A stretch of 52,643 bases of DNA, taken from NCBI GenBank assembly GCA_964515275.1, contig CAZESU010000002.1:1-52643 (forward strand), written 5' to 3'. Positions 35,016 to 42,940 of this stretch are shown piece by piece (positions within the stretch are counted from its first letter, which is position 1; every line of letters begins with the position of its first letter). This stretch comes from an uncultured Oscillospiraceae bacterium. GTDB taxonomy: Bacteria; Bacillota; Clostridia; Oscillospirales; Oscillospiraceae. The notes under the pieces were generated by a model. The model saw only the letters and a list, made by a program, of their open reading frames with translations, was not told the DNA's origin and made no database searches. Made by a program: the position numbers and the translations under genes.

Positions 35016-35846
35016 ATGGACGCCATAGCCGCTGAAAATCTGATCCATTCCTACGCTTTTGAGGGCAGCAAGCACCGCTCGCTAAACGGCGTTTCTCTTA
35101 CCGTAAGGCAGGGAGAGATGGTTGCCGTATTGGGCCATAACGGTTGCGGTAAGACCACCCTTGCCCGGCATTTTAATGCCCTGATTCCTGTGCAGAGCGG
35201 TGAACTCTCCGTTGCCGGGCTGAATGCAAAAGCGGAGGCAAACTTGTGGCGCATACGCCGCGCCTGCGGAATGGTCTTTCAGAACCCGGACAATCAGTTC
35301 GTCTCCTCCATTGTTGAGGAGGATATCGCCTTCGGCCTCAGGAATTTTGGGGTAGAAGAGAACGAAATCCCTGAAAAGGTATGCCGCGCCCTTGAGATTG
35401 TGGGTATGAGCGGCTTTGAAAAGCGCTCACCGCAGCTTCTCTCCGGCGGTCAGAAGCAGCGTCTCGCCATTGCAGGCGTTCTGGCCGTTGACCCGGACAT
35501 CATGATCTTCGATGAAGTCACCTCCATGCTGGATCCGGAAGGCCGCAGGGAGGTGCTGGACACCATAAAAAAGCTCCACGAGCATGGCAAGACCATCGTT
35601 ATGATCTCCCATTATATAGAGGAAGCAGTGTTTTCCGACCGGGTAGTGCTGATCCACGATGGCCAGATTCTGGCAGAGGGTACTCCCCAAAAAATGCTTA
35701 CAGACCTTGCTCTTTTAAAACAGGCAGGGCTTACCCCGCCCATACCGGTCAAAGTCTATTATGACCTTCAGGCCGCAGGAATACAGCTCTCCCGCTGCCC
35801 GCTGACGGTTTCGGAGCTGGTGGAGGAACTATGCCGATCAGATTAA
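35016..35846 (+). CDS. ecfA1: ECF transporter ATPase subunit A
   Basis: 276 aa. Walker A GHNGCGKTT, signature LSGGQKQR, Walker B IMIFDE. Confidence 0.9.
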   Translation: MDAIAAENLIHSYAFEGSKHRSLNGVSLTVRQGEMVAVLGHNGCGKTTLARHFNALIPVQSGELSVAGLNAKAEANLWRIRRACGMVFQNPDNQFVSSIVEEDIAFGLRNFGVEENEIPEKVCRALEIVGMSGFEKRSPQLLSGGQKQRLAIAGVLAVDPDIMIFDEVTSMLDPEGRREVLDTIKKLHEHGKTIVMISHYIEEAVFSDRVVLIHDGQILAEGTPQKMLTDLALLKQAGLTPPIPVKVYYDLQAAGIQLSRCPLTVSELVEELCRSD

Positions 35847-36688
35847 ATTCCGTTTCATACACCTATGCTCCCGGTACCGCCTTTCAAAGCCATGCGCTGA
35901 CAGACCTTTCCCTGAATATAGAAGACGGAGAATTTGTCGGTATCATGGGTCCCACCGGCTGCGGCAAATCCACGCTCATTCAGCTCATGGCCGGTTTGCT
36001 CACGCCCTCGTCGGGGCAGGTGCTGCTGGACGGAGAGGACATCAATGCCGGAAAGTACGACAGAACCAGGCTGCGCCGCCGTGTAGGGCTGGTGTTTCAG
36101 TACCCGGAGTATCAGCTTTTTGAGCAAACGGTGGAGAAGGATGTGGGCTTTGCCCTGCGTCATCTGGATTATACGGCAGAGGAGTCAGAGAAAGCCGTAC
36201 GCCGGGCGCTGGAGACCGTGGGCTTCGACTTTGAAAAAGTCCGCAGTCAATCCCCTCTGGGTTTTTCCGGCGGAGAAAAGCGGCGCATTGCCATCGCAGG
36301 TGTCCTGGCCTCCTCCCCGGGTATTCTCATTTTGGATGAGCCTATGGCTGGCCTTGACCCGCTGGGGCGGGAGGCTTTTCTGGAAATGGTGGACGGACTC
36401 AACGAAAAAGGCATCACCATCATCATGGTCTCCCACAATGCGGATGCTCTGGCAGAGCATGCAAAACGGATCATCGCCCTGAAGGACGGGCAGCTTTTTC
36501 GGGATGGTCCTGTCCATAAAGTATTTGCAGAATATGACGCGCTCCGGGAAAACGGAGTGGGCGCAGGCCAGGTACGGCTTGCAACAGAGCTGCTACGCCA
36601 AAAAGGCTTTGACCTTTCGGAGGACACCATAAAGTATGGGGAGCTTCTGCCCAGGCTCATCTCCATATTGGGAGGTGAGAAGAAATGA
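35831..36688 (+). CDS. ecfA2: ECF transporter ATPase subunit A'
   Basis: 285 aa. GPTGCGKST, FSGGEKRR, ILILDEP. Overlaps ecfA1 by 16 nt. Confidence 0.9.
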   Translation: MPIRLNSVSYTYAPGTAFQSHALTDLSLNIEDGEFVGIMGPTGCGKSTLIQLMAGLLTPSSGQVLLDGEDINAGKYDRTRLRRRVGLVFQYPEYQLFEQTVEKDVGFALRHLDYTAEESEKAVRRALETVGFDFEKVRSQSPLGFSGGEKRRIAIAGVLASSPGILILDEPMAGLDPLGREAFLEMVDGLNEKGITIIMVSHNADALAEHAKRIIALKDGQLFRDGPVHKVFAEYDALRENGVGAGQVRLATELLRQKGFDLSEDTIKYGELLPRLISILGGEKK

Positions 36689-37476
36689 ACGCTCTGCCCA
36701 CCGGCATGTACCAGCCGGGCAGCTCCTGTATCCACCGGCTCAGCGCCTTTGTGAAGCTCTTATGCCTGATTGTACTGCTGGCAGCGGTCATCGGTACAGA
36801 GACTGTCCGGGGCTACGGTGTGCTGCTTCTGTTTACGGCCCTGCTGGTGCTTTTATCCCGCACGCCGCTCTCCTCCGCGTTGAACTCCGTATGGCGGCTT
36901 CGATGGTTTTTCCTTGTCATTCTGCTGATGAACCTGTGCTTTTTCGGCCCGGAGGAGCCCTGGTTCAAGCTGTGGATATTCACTCCCTCCCCCGCAGGAC
37001 TTCAGCAGGGGCTGAACGTGGTACTTCGGGTGTTGTTCATTCTCATTTTCAGCAACATTTTGACCCTCACCACCGCTCCGCTGGAGCTTACTGAGGGAAT
37101 AGAGCTCCTGCTCATGCCCCTTAAGCTGTTCGGCATCCCTATCGGGCAGGTGGCTATGATATTGTCCGTAGCCATTCAGTTTATCCCTACTCTGTTCGAA
37201 GAGGCGGATATGATCCGAAAGGCCCAGACTGCCCGGGGAGCGAAATTTGACAGTCCCCGACTTCTGGACAAGGCGAGGGCTGTGGTTCCGTTGGTCGTTC
37301 CTATTTTCCTTGCCGCTTTCAAGCGGGCGGATGAGCTGTCCCTCGCCATGGAGGCAAGAGGCTACCGTACCGATCGAAAAAGTAAAAACAGGCTCTGTCT
37401 CCATCTCACATGGCGGGACGGTGCTGCTTTTCTTTGTGTTTGTCTGCTCTGTGCAGTGCAAATATTATATTTATAA
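36685..37476 (+). CDS. ecfT: ECF transporter transmembrane (T) component
   Basis: 263 aa. CbiQ/EcfT-type membrane protein with the coupling-helix motifs ARGAKF and ARGYR. Confidence 0.88.
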   Translation: MNALPTGMYQPGSSCIHRLSAFVKLLCLIVLLAAVIGTETVRGYGVLLLFTALLVLLSRTPLSSALNSVWRLRWFFLVILLMNLCFFGPEEPWFKLWIFTPSPAGLQQGLNVVLRVLFILIFSNILTLTTAPLELTEGIELLLMPLKLFGIPIGQVAMILSVAIQFIPTLFEEADMIRKAQTARGAKFDSPRLLDKARAVVPLVVPIFLAAFKRADELSLAMEARGYRTDRKSKNRLCLHLTWRDGAAFLCVCLLCAVQILYL

Positions 37477-37491
37477 AAGGAGAAACAAAAC

Positions 37492-38043
37492 ATGCAAAAA
37501 ATGTCTGCTGTAAAGAAATCCATACTCACGGCAGTCTGCATTGCCCTCTGCGTAGTGCTGCCCCAAGCTTTCCACGCTGTTCCCAATGCCGGCTCCATCT
37601 ATCTGCCCATGCATATTCCCGTGCTGCTCTGCGGCCTGATCTGCGGCTGGCCCTACGGTCTGCTCTGCGGTCTGGCAGGCCCTGCCCTGTCTGCTCTTAT
37701 AACTGGCATGCCCCCTGCCGCCGTTCTGCCCGGAATGATGGTGGAATGCGGTGTCTATGGCCTTGCAGCCGGGCTGATCATGCAGTTTGTCCACACACAA
37801 AAGGTCTATGCTGACCTGTATATAAGTCTTATTGGTGCCATGCTGCTGGGCCGCGTGGCCTCCGGTATCGCAAAGGCTCTCATCTTCTCCGCCGGAAGCT
37901 ACTCTATGGCCTCCTGGGTGGCTGGTTCTTTTGTCACCGCCCTGCCCGGCATCATCATCCAGCTGGTTCTGCTACCCAGCATCGTATTCGCTCTTATGCG
38001 CGCCCACCTTATCCCTGAGCGTTATCCCAAGGATGAGGACTGA
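37492..38043 (+). CDS. ECF transporter substrate-binding (S) component, substrate unknown
   Basis: 183 aa, six hydrophobic helices, ECF_trnsprt-like. Directly follows ecfT. Confidence 0.72.
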   Translation: MQKMSAVKKSILTAVCIALCVVLPQAFHAVPNAGSIYLPMHIPVLLCGLICGWPYGLLCGLAGPALSALITGMPPAAVLPGMMVECGVYGLAAGLIMQFVHTQKVYADLYISLIGAMLLGRVASGIAKALIFSAGSYSMASWVAGSFVTALPGIIIQLVLLPSIVFALMRAHLIPERYPKDED

Positions 38044-38044
38044 C

Positions 38045-38629
38045 ATGGACAAGAGGGAGATCAGAGAGTTTTTTGACCGCTGTGCCCCGGATTGGGACGC
38101 GGGAATGATACGCAACGATGAAAAGATATCCTTCATCCTCAATCATGCAGGCGTCAGCGAAGGGAAAGACATTCTGGACGTGGCGTGCGGTACCGGGGTT
38201 TTAATCCCCGATTATCTTGAGCGCAGAGTGAAATCCGTCACAGCCATAGATCTCTCCCCGGAAATGGTCAGGCTCGCAAAAGAGAAATTTTCACAGGACA
38301 ATGTAAGTATCCTCTGCGGCGATGCGGATGAGCTTCAGTCTGAAAAATTCTTCGACTGCATCATGATCTACAACGCCTTTCCCCACTTTTCCGACCCGGA
38401 AGGGCTTATATGCAGGCTAAGCTCCCTGCTGAATCCCGGCGGAACTCTGACAGTGGCCCACGGCATGAGCCGCGCCATGATCGACCGGCATCACTCCTGC
38501 TACGCCCACAGTGTGTCCATGGGACTTATGCATGAGGATGCGCTTGCTGCCATCTTCTCAAAATATCTTACCGTCACTGTAAAAATAGCCAATGACCAGA
38601 TATATCAGGTCACAGGAACAAAGAAATAA
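38045..38629 (+). CDS. Class I SAM-dependent methyltransferase
   Basis: 194 aa from MDKREIREFFDRCAPDWD (ATG 38045, 1 nt after the S-component stop). SAM motif ILDVACGTGVL. Confidence 0.82.
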   Translation: MDKREIREFFDRCAPDWDAGMIRNDEKISFILNHAGVSEGKDILDVACGTGVLIPDYLERRVKSVTAIDLSPEMVRLAKEKFSQDNVSILCGDADELQSEKFFDCIMIYNAFPHFSDPEGLICRLSSLLNPGGTLTVAHGMSRAMIDRHHSCYAHSVSMGLMHEDALAAIFSKYLTVTVKIANDQIYQVTGTKK

Positions 38630-38630
38630 T

Positions 38631-38660
38631 AAATGCGCCGTCCAAAACACGGCGCATTTT
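38631..38660. terminator. Bidirectional rho-independent terminator
   Basis: AAATGCGCCG-TCCAAAACA-CGGCGCATTTT, between convergent genes. Confidence 0.75.
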
Positions 38661-38663
38661 ATG

Positions 38664-39131
38664 TTATTCGGCACTTTTCTCTTCAGGTTTTCTCATGCTG
38701 TGCTGGAGCATCTGGTAGAGGCCCTCATGGTCATCGTAAAATTTCTGGAGTTTCTCGGATATGCTGTTCCAATAGGCATCCGCCTCCTGCTCTCTGGCGC
38801 GGCAGCGCTCCTCTGTCTTCAGCAGCATGGCTCTGGCTTTCTTTTTGCTCTCCGCCTCCATGCGGGCGCAGACCTGCTCCTGCTCGCCACTGAGCCGCTG
38901 GATATTTTCAAGGTACTGCTTCGCAGCCTCCTCCGCTGCTTCAAACACCCCGCTGAGACGGAGTGAGGCCTCCGCAATGGAACCCGCCTTGTCTATCAAT
39001 ATCTGTCGATCGGCCAGCTTGGCATTTGCCTCGTCAAGCAGGGATTGCAGCTCGTCTATCTTTTTGCTCTGCTCAACGAGCAGCTCCAGAAGTTCGACCC
39101 GATTCAGTTTTTTCAGCTCATTGTCCGTCAA
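38664..39131 (-). CDS. Coiled-coil protein, function unknown
   Basis: 155 aa. Heptad-rich and charged (LKKLNRVELLELLVEQSKKIDELQSLLDEANAKL...). No catalytic motif recognised. Confidence 0.6.
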   Translation of the reverse strand: MTDNELKKLNRVELLELLVEQSKKIDELQSLLDEANAKLADRQILIDKAGSIAEASLRLSGVFEAAEEAAKQYLENIQRLSGEQEQVCARMEAESKKKARAMLLKTEERCRAREQEADAYWNSISEKLQKFYDDHEGLYQMLQHSMRKPEEKSAE

Positions 39132-39247
39132 TTTGATCAGCTCCGCATCTTTTCGGTATATGTTGGAATTATATCACATTCTATCCTGTCTGTGCAAGAC
39201 TCTTAACATTATTGTTGCAGTGAACGAAACTTTTTCTGCTGTTTTTA

Positions 39248-39393
39248 TACTAAAACTTATGAAAACGGTTAAAAACCGTTTTATAGCGCGAAGCGCGTTA
39301 AGTTTTTATGAGACGTAAATTGTGCCTACGGCACAATTTGAGCGTGCACAGCACGCGGGATTCCTGATTAAACTTTTTAATCAGGAATCAGTA
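39248..39393 (+). mobile_element. MITE-like repeat, copy B (146 bp), flanked by TTA/TTA
   Basis: TACTAAAACTTATGAAAACGGTTAAAAACCGTTTTATAGCGCGAAGCGCGTTAAGTTTTTATGAGACGTAAATTGTGCCTACGGCACAATTTGAGCGTGCACAGCACGCGGGATTCCTGATTAAACTTTTTAATCAGGAATCAGTA. TTA at 39245-39247 and 39394-39396. Confidence 0.85.
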
Positions 39394-39410
39394 TTAACAG
39401 AGAGAGCAAA

Positions 39411-39745
39411 ATGAAGAACGATTACCTTATTGAAAAACCTCCCCCTGCCGGCTCTGCTGGTATTTTCGCTGCCTATAATCATGGCAACCTGTTCCAGCAG
39501 CTGTATACCACGGCGGATTCCGCTATCATAGGTCGCTATGTGGGTGAGCAGACTCTTGCCGCCGTGGGCGCGTCAAACGCGCTCACCATGGCGTTTATCT
39601 GCGTTGCCATCGGAGGCGGTACCGGCGCATCGTGATGGTGATCCGTCACTTCGGTGCAAAGGAATACGGCAAAATGCGTCTTGCGGCAACCGCCGCAGCA
39701 AGTGGCTCGATATGCTTGCCGGATCAAGCCGCAAAAAACGAATAA
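39411..39745 (+). pseudogene. MATE-family efflux transporter remnant (first ~100 codons, multiply frameshifted, then truncated)
   Basis: GNLFQQLYTTADSAIIGRYVGEQTLAAVGASNALTMAF...GGGTGAS is the MATE N-terminal signature. The preceding TITLLKNLPLPALLVFSLPIIM and following VMVIRHFGAKEYGKMRLA segments lie in other frames. No further MATE sequence before the terminator. Confidence 0.75.
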
Positions 39746-39780
39746 CGCCCTGCTGTCTGAAGACAGCAGGGCGTTATTTT
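39741..39780. terminator. Bidirectional rho-independent terminator
   Basis: AATAACGCCCTGCTGTCT-GAAG-ACAGCAGGGCGTTATTTT. Confidence 0.75.
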
Positions 39781-40198
39781 AACTCATCAGTTCACGGAGT
39801 TTTGCCTTTACAGCATCAAGGGCTTTGTCGGGCTCATCAATATTCCATACGGAACCCTCCATCGGGCAAAGGCCGGTGTTGGTGCGGTTCTGGATAGCAG
39901 CTACCTTTTCATCCCATCCCGCTGCAATGCCGAAGTTCCGAAATACTTCCGCCGCCGGTACGCTGATGACCCCGGCGTGTACCTCTTTCACCCCAAGCAG
40001 CACATACAAAAATGCTGCAGCTTTGCCCACAACTCTGTCCGCCGCGCTGAAGCCCTTGACATTTTCGCCCCGGTTCAAAAGCTCCAACAAGGGCTTTACT
40101 CCTCTGTCATTGCTTGAATATACCTGTTCTCCGCCGCAGATCACACAGGTGTATCCGCCCTCGGAAAGGAGCCTTTTCGCTTTTTCCAAATCATTCAT
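39779..40198 (-). CDS. DUF1893-family protein (TM1506-like)
   Basis: 139 aa. LLSEGGYTCVICGGEQVYSSNDRGVKPLLELL...DRVVGKAAAFLYVLLGVKEVHAGVIS...CPME matches the DUF1893 pattern as I recall it. Confidence 0.65.
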   Translation of the reverse strand: MNDLEKAKRLLSEGGYTCVICGGEQVYSSNDRGVKPLLELLNRGENVKGFSAADRVVGKAAAFLYVLLGVKEVHAGVISVPAAEVFRNFGIAAGWDEKVAAIQNRTNTGLCPMEGSVWNIDEPDKALDAVKAKLRELMS

Positions 40199-40330
40199 CT
40201 GTCTATTCCTCCATACGGACAGGATACAATATTGCCAGTTCCTTTGTCAACACAGCCTGAAAATTTTCAAAAAAAGAGCTTGACAAATTAATTGCATCTG
40301 CACGCAAATTTCTTGTCATGCCATGATGAC

Positions 40331-40375
40331 GAAAAAGACAGCACACAGCCCGCTTTCGCCTTGCCGTGTGCTGCC
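40331..40375 (-). terminator. Rho-independent terminator of the metal-efflux operon
   Basis: The minus strand reads GGCAGCACACGG-...-CTGTGTGCTGTC followed by TTTTTCGTC. Confidence 0.65.
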
Positions 40376-40447
40376 TTTACTGCGGTATGCCCTGTCGCCT
40401 GGTCGTTAACTAAGTGACGTTGTGCAATGCAGGTTTTTTTGTCCCTT

Positions 40448-40810
40448 TTATTCTTCTATATGCTCCATGCCCTGGCTTACGATAGTCCGTACATGGTCGT
40501 CGGCCAGGGAGTAGAACACGGATTTTCCCTCCCGGCGGCTCTTTACCAGTTTATTGCGCTTGAGGATATTGAGCTGATGGGATATGGCTGACTGGGTCAT
40601 ATTCAGTGCCGCCGCCAGATCACATACGCAGACCTCCGCCTCAAACAGAACAAAAAGAATTCTTATCCTTGTGGAGTCGCCGAACACCTTGAAAAGCTCT
40701 GCCAGATCCAGAAGACTCTCCTCCGCAGGCAGCTTTTCCCGCACAATCTTCAGCAGATCTTCGTGTACCTCCACCGCTTCGCAGCACTCGCTGTCGTGTT
40801 CGTGTATCAT
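40448..40810 (-). CDS. ArsR/SmtB-family metalloregulator (CadC/CzrA-like)
   Basis: 120 aa. N-terminal cysteines SECCEA, the alpha3 site EVCVCDLAAAL and the HTH MTQSAISHQLNILK. Confidence 0.88.
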   Translation of the reverse strand: MIHEHDSECCEAVEVHEDLLKIVREKLPAEESLLDLAELFKVFGDSTRIRILFVLFEAEVCVCDLAAALNMTQSAISHQLNILKRNKLVKSRREGKSVFYSLADDHVRTIVSQGMEHIEE

Positions 40811-40825
40811 CGGTTTTCTTTCCTC

Positions 40826-42694
40826 TCACAAATTTTTCACTCTCAGGGCACGAATGGCGTTCAGCACCGCCAATACCATAACGCCCACATCCGCAAAGAT
40901 GGCTGCCCACATATTCGCGATGCCCAGGGCGCCCAGTACAAGGCAGATGATCTTGATGCCAATGGCAAAAACGATGTTTTCATACACAATGCGGATGCAC
41001 TTTTTCGAGATTTTTATTGCTTTGGCGATCTTTATGGGATCGTCGTCCATGAGCACCACATCCGCCGCCTCAATAGCGGCATCGGATCCCAGGGCGCCCA
41101 TTGCGATACCCACATCCGCCCGGGACAGCACCGGCGCATCGTTGATGCCATCGCCCACAAAGGCCAGCTTTTCATTGCCCTGATTTGCCCTCAGAAGCTC
41201 TTCCACCCGGTCGACCTTGTCTCCCGGCAGAAGCTCCGCATAAAACTCGTCAGCGCCCAGTTCTCCCGCAGTCTCTGCCGCAACAGTGTGGGTATCACCG
41301 GTGAGCATGACGGTCTTTTTTACGCCTGCCTCTTTCATGGCAGAGACAGCATTCTTTGCCGTAGGCTTGAGCCTGTCAGTTATCAGAATATGCCCGGCGT
41401 ACTGGCCGTCCACCGCCACATGGGCAACGGTTCCAACACTATGGCACTCCGCATATTCCACGCCCAGAAGCTCCATCAGCTTCGCGTTTCCAACCGCTAC
41501 GGTCTTTCCGTCTACCTTAGCGGTCAGCCCCTTTCCGCTGAGCTCGGTCACGTCGGTGACGCGGCTTTTATCGGTCTCTCCGCCCCATGCCCGGCGCAGG
41601 CTCTGACTGATAGGGTGAGTTGAATAGCTCTCCGCCAGTGCGGCATATTCAAGGAGCTTTTCCTCCTCCATACTGCTGTGGTGAATGCCGCTGACTTCAA
41701 AAACACCCTGCGTCATGGTGCCGGTCTTGTCAAAGGCCACCGTTTTGACCTGAGCCAAAGTCTCCATGAAGTTGGAGCCCTTTACAAGCACACCTACACT
41801 GCTGGCGCCGCCGATACCGGCAAAGAAGCTGAGCGGTATGCTGATCACCAGTGCGCAGGGGCAGCTGATAACAAGGAAGGTCAGTGCCCGGTAAAGCCAG
41901 TCTCCCCAGCGGGCGGGGCTGCCAGTAAGCAGCAGGAAAAGAGGCGGCAGCACAGCCAGCGCCAGTGCACTGAAACACACGGCAGGGGTGTATACCCTTG
42001 CAAAACGGGAAATGAAGGCTTCCGAACGGGACTTTCTTGAGCTGGCATTCTCCACCAGCTCCAGTATTTTGGACACAGTGGATTCACCGAACTCTCTTGT
42101 GGTCCTGACACGCAGAACACCGGTCAGATTGATGCAGCCGCTTGTGACCTCGTCCCCGGGGGCAGCGTCTCTGGGAACGCTCTCGCCGGTAAGGGCGGCA
42201 GTGTCAAGGGTGCTCTCCCCTCCTTCCACTATGCCGTCTATGGGCACCTTCTCGCCGGGCTGCACCAGAATGATGCTGCCAATCGGTACCTCGTCAGGAT
42301 CGACCTTTTCCAACTGCCCGTTTTCCCCTTCAATATTGGCATAGTCCGGGCGTATGTCCATAAGCTGGCTGATGCTGCGGCGGCTCTTGCCCACGGCGTA
42401 GCTTTGAAACAGCTCTCCGATCTGGTAAAACAGCATAACCGCCACGCCCTCGGTATAATCACCCAGGGCAATGGCACCCACGGTGGCCACCGCCATCAGG
42501 AAATTTTCGTCAAAGGGCTGCAAATTCTTCACGCCCTTTACCGCGTCCCACAAAATATCGTAACCGATGATCCAATAGGGCAGCATGAAAAGCACAAAGC
42601 GCAGCCATCCCTCAACGGGCAGCAGAGCCACAATCATCATCAAAACTGCGGCAATAAGGATGCGCCGCAGTATCTTTTCCTGCTTCTTCGTCAT
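40826..42694 (-). CDS. Heavy-metal (Cd/Zn/Co-type) translocating P1B-type ATPase lacking an N-terminal metal-binding domain
   Basis: 622 aa. Transmembrane CPC motif VISCPCALVIS, phosphorylation site FDKTGTMT, then MLTGD and VGDGINDAP. Confidence 0.92.
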   Translation of the reverse strand: MTKKQEKILRRILIAAVLMMIVALLPVEGWLRFVLFMLPYWIIGYDILWDAVKGVKNLQPFDENFLMAVATVGAIALGDYTEGVAVMLFYQIGELFQSYAVGKSRRSISQLMDIRPDYANIEGENGQLEKVDPDEVPIGSIILVQPGEKVPIDGIVEGGESTLDTAALTGESVPRDAAPGDEVTSGCINLTGVLRVRTTREFGESTVSKILELVENASSRKSRSEAFISRFARVYTPAVCFSALALAVLPPLFLLLTGSPARWGDWLYRALTFLVISCPCALVISIPLSFFAGIGGASSVGVLVKGSNFMETLAQVKTVAFDKTGTMTQGVFEVSGIHHSSMEEEKLLEYAALAESYSTHPISQSLRRAWGGETDKSRVTDVTELSGKGLTAKVDGKTVAVGNAKLMELLGVEYAECHSVGTVAHVAVDGQYAGHILITDRLKPTAKNAVSAMKEAGVKKTVMLTGDTHTVAAETAGELGADEFYAELLPGDKVDRVEELLRANQGNEKLAFVGDGINDAPVLSRADVGIAMGALGSDAAIEAADVVLMDDDPIKIAKAIKISKKCIRIVYENIVFAIGIKIICLVLGALGIANMWAAIFADVGVMVLAVLNAIRALRVKNL

Positions 42695-42696
42695 AA

Positions 42697-42915
42697 TCAG
42701 AAATATATCTCGCAGTCGCTCTCTACCTTTTTGCAGGCCTTAAGTACATTCTGCATAACAGCCTTTATGTCCGCATTCTCGTCAAACTCCACTGCCATCT
42801 TGAGTGCCATGAAATTTACTGCCGCGTCCTTCACGCCGTCGATTTTTTTCGCCGCCTGCTCCATCTTGTCGGCGCAGACAGGGCAATCCACCTCGATCTT
42901 ATAAGTCTTTTTCAT
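42697..42915 (-). CDS. Stand-alone heavy-metal-associated (HMA) domain protein
   Basis: 72 aa. YKIEVDCPVCADKMEQAAKKIDGVKDAAVNF has the CxxC ferredoxin-like HMA fold. Its stop is 2 nt from the ATPase ATG. Confidence 0.8.
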   Translation of the reverse strand: MKKTYKIEVDCPVCADKMEQAAKKIDGVKDAAVNFMALKMAVEFDENADIKAVMQNVLKACKKVESDCEIYF

Positions 42916-42940
42916 GCCATCTTTCCTCCAAATTTTCTTT

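Noticed and set aside
40763-41623. 286-aa plus-strand ORF; also 1699-2718 (339 aa, +), 29283-30635 (450 aa, +) and 48628-49512 (294 aa, +)
   Set aside because: Each is antisense to a well-supported gene (P-type ATPase, trmD, PrpB-like lyase, rlmI). They lack RBSs and family signatures.
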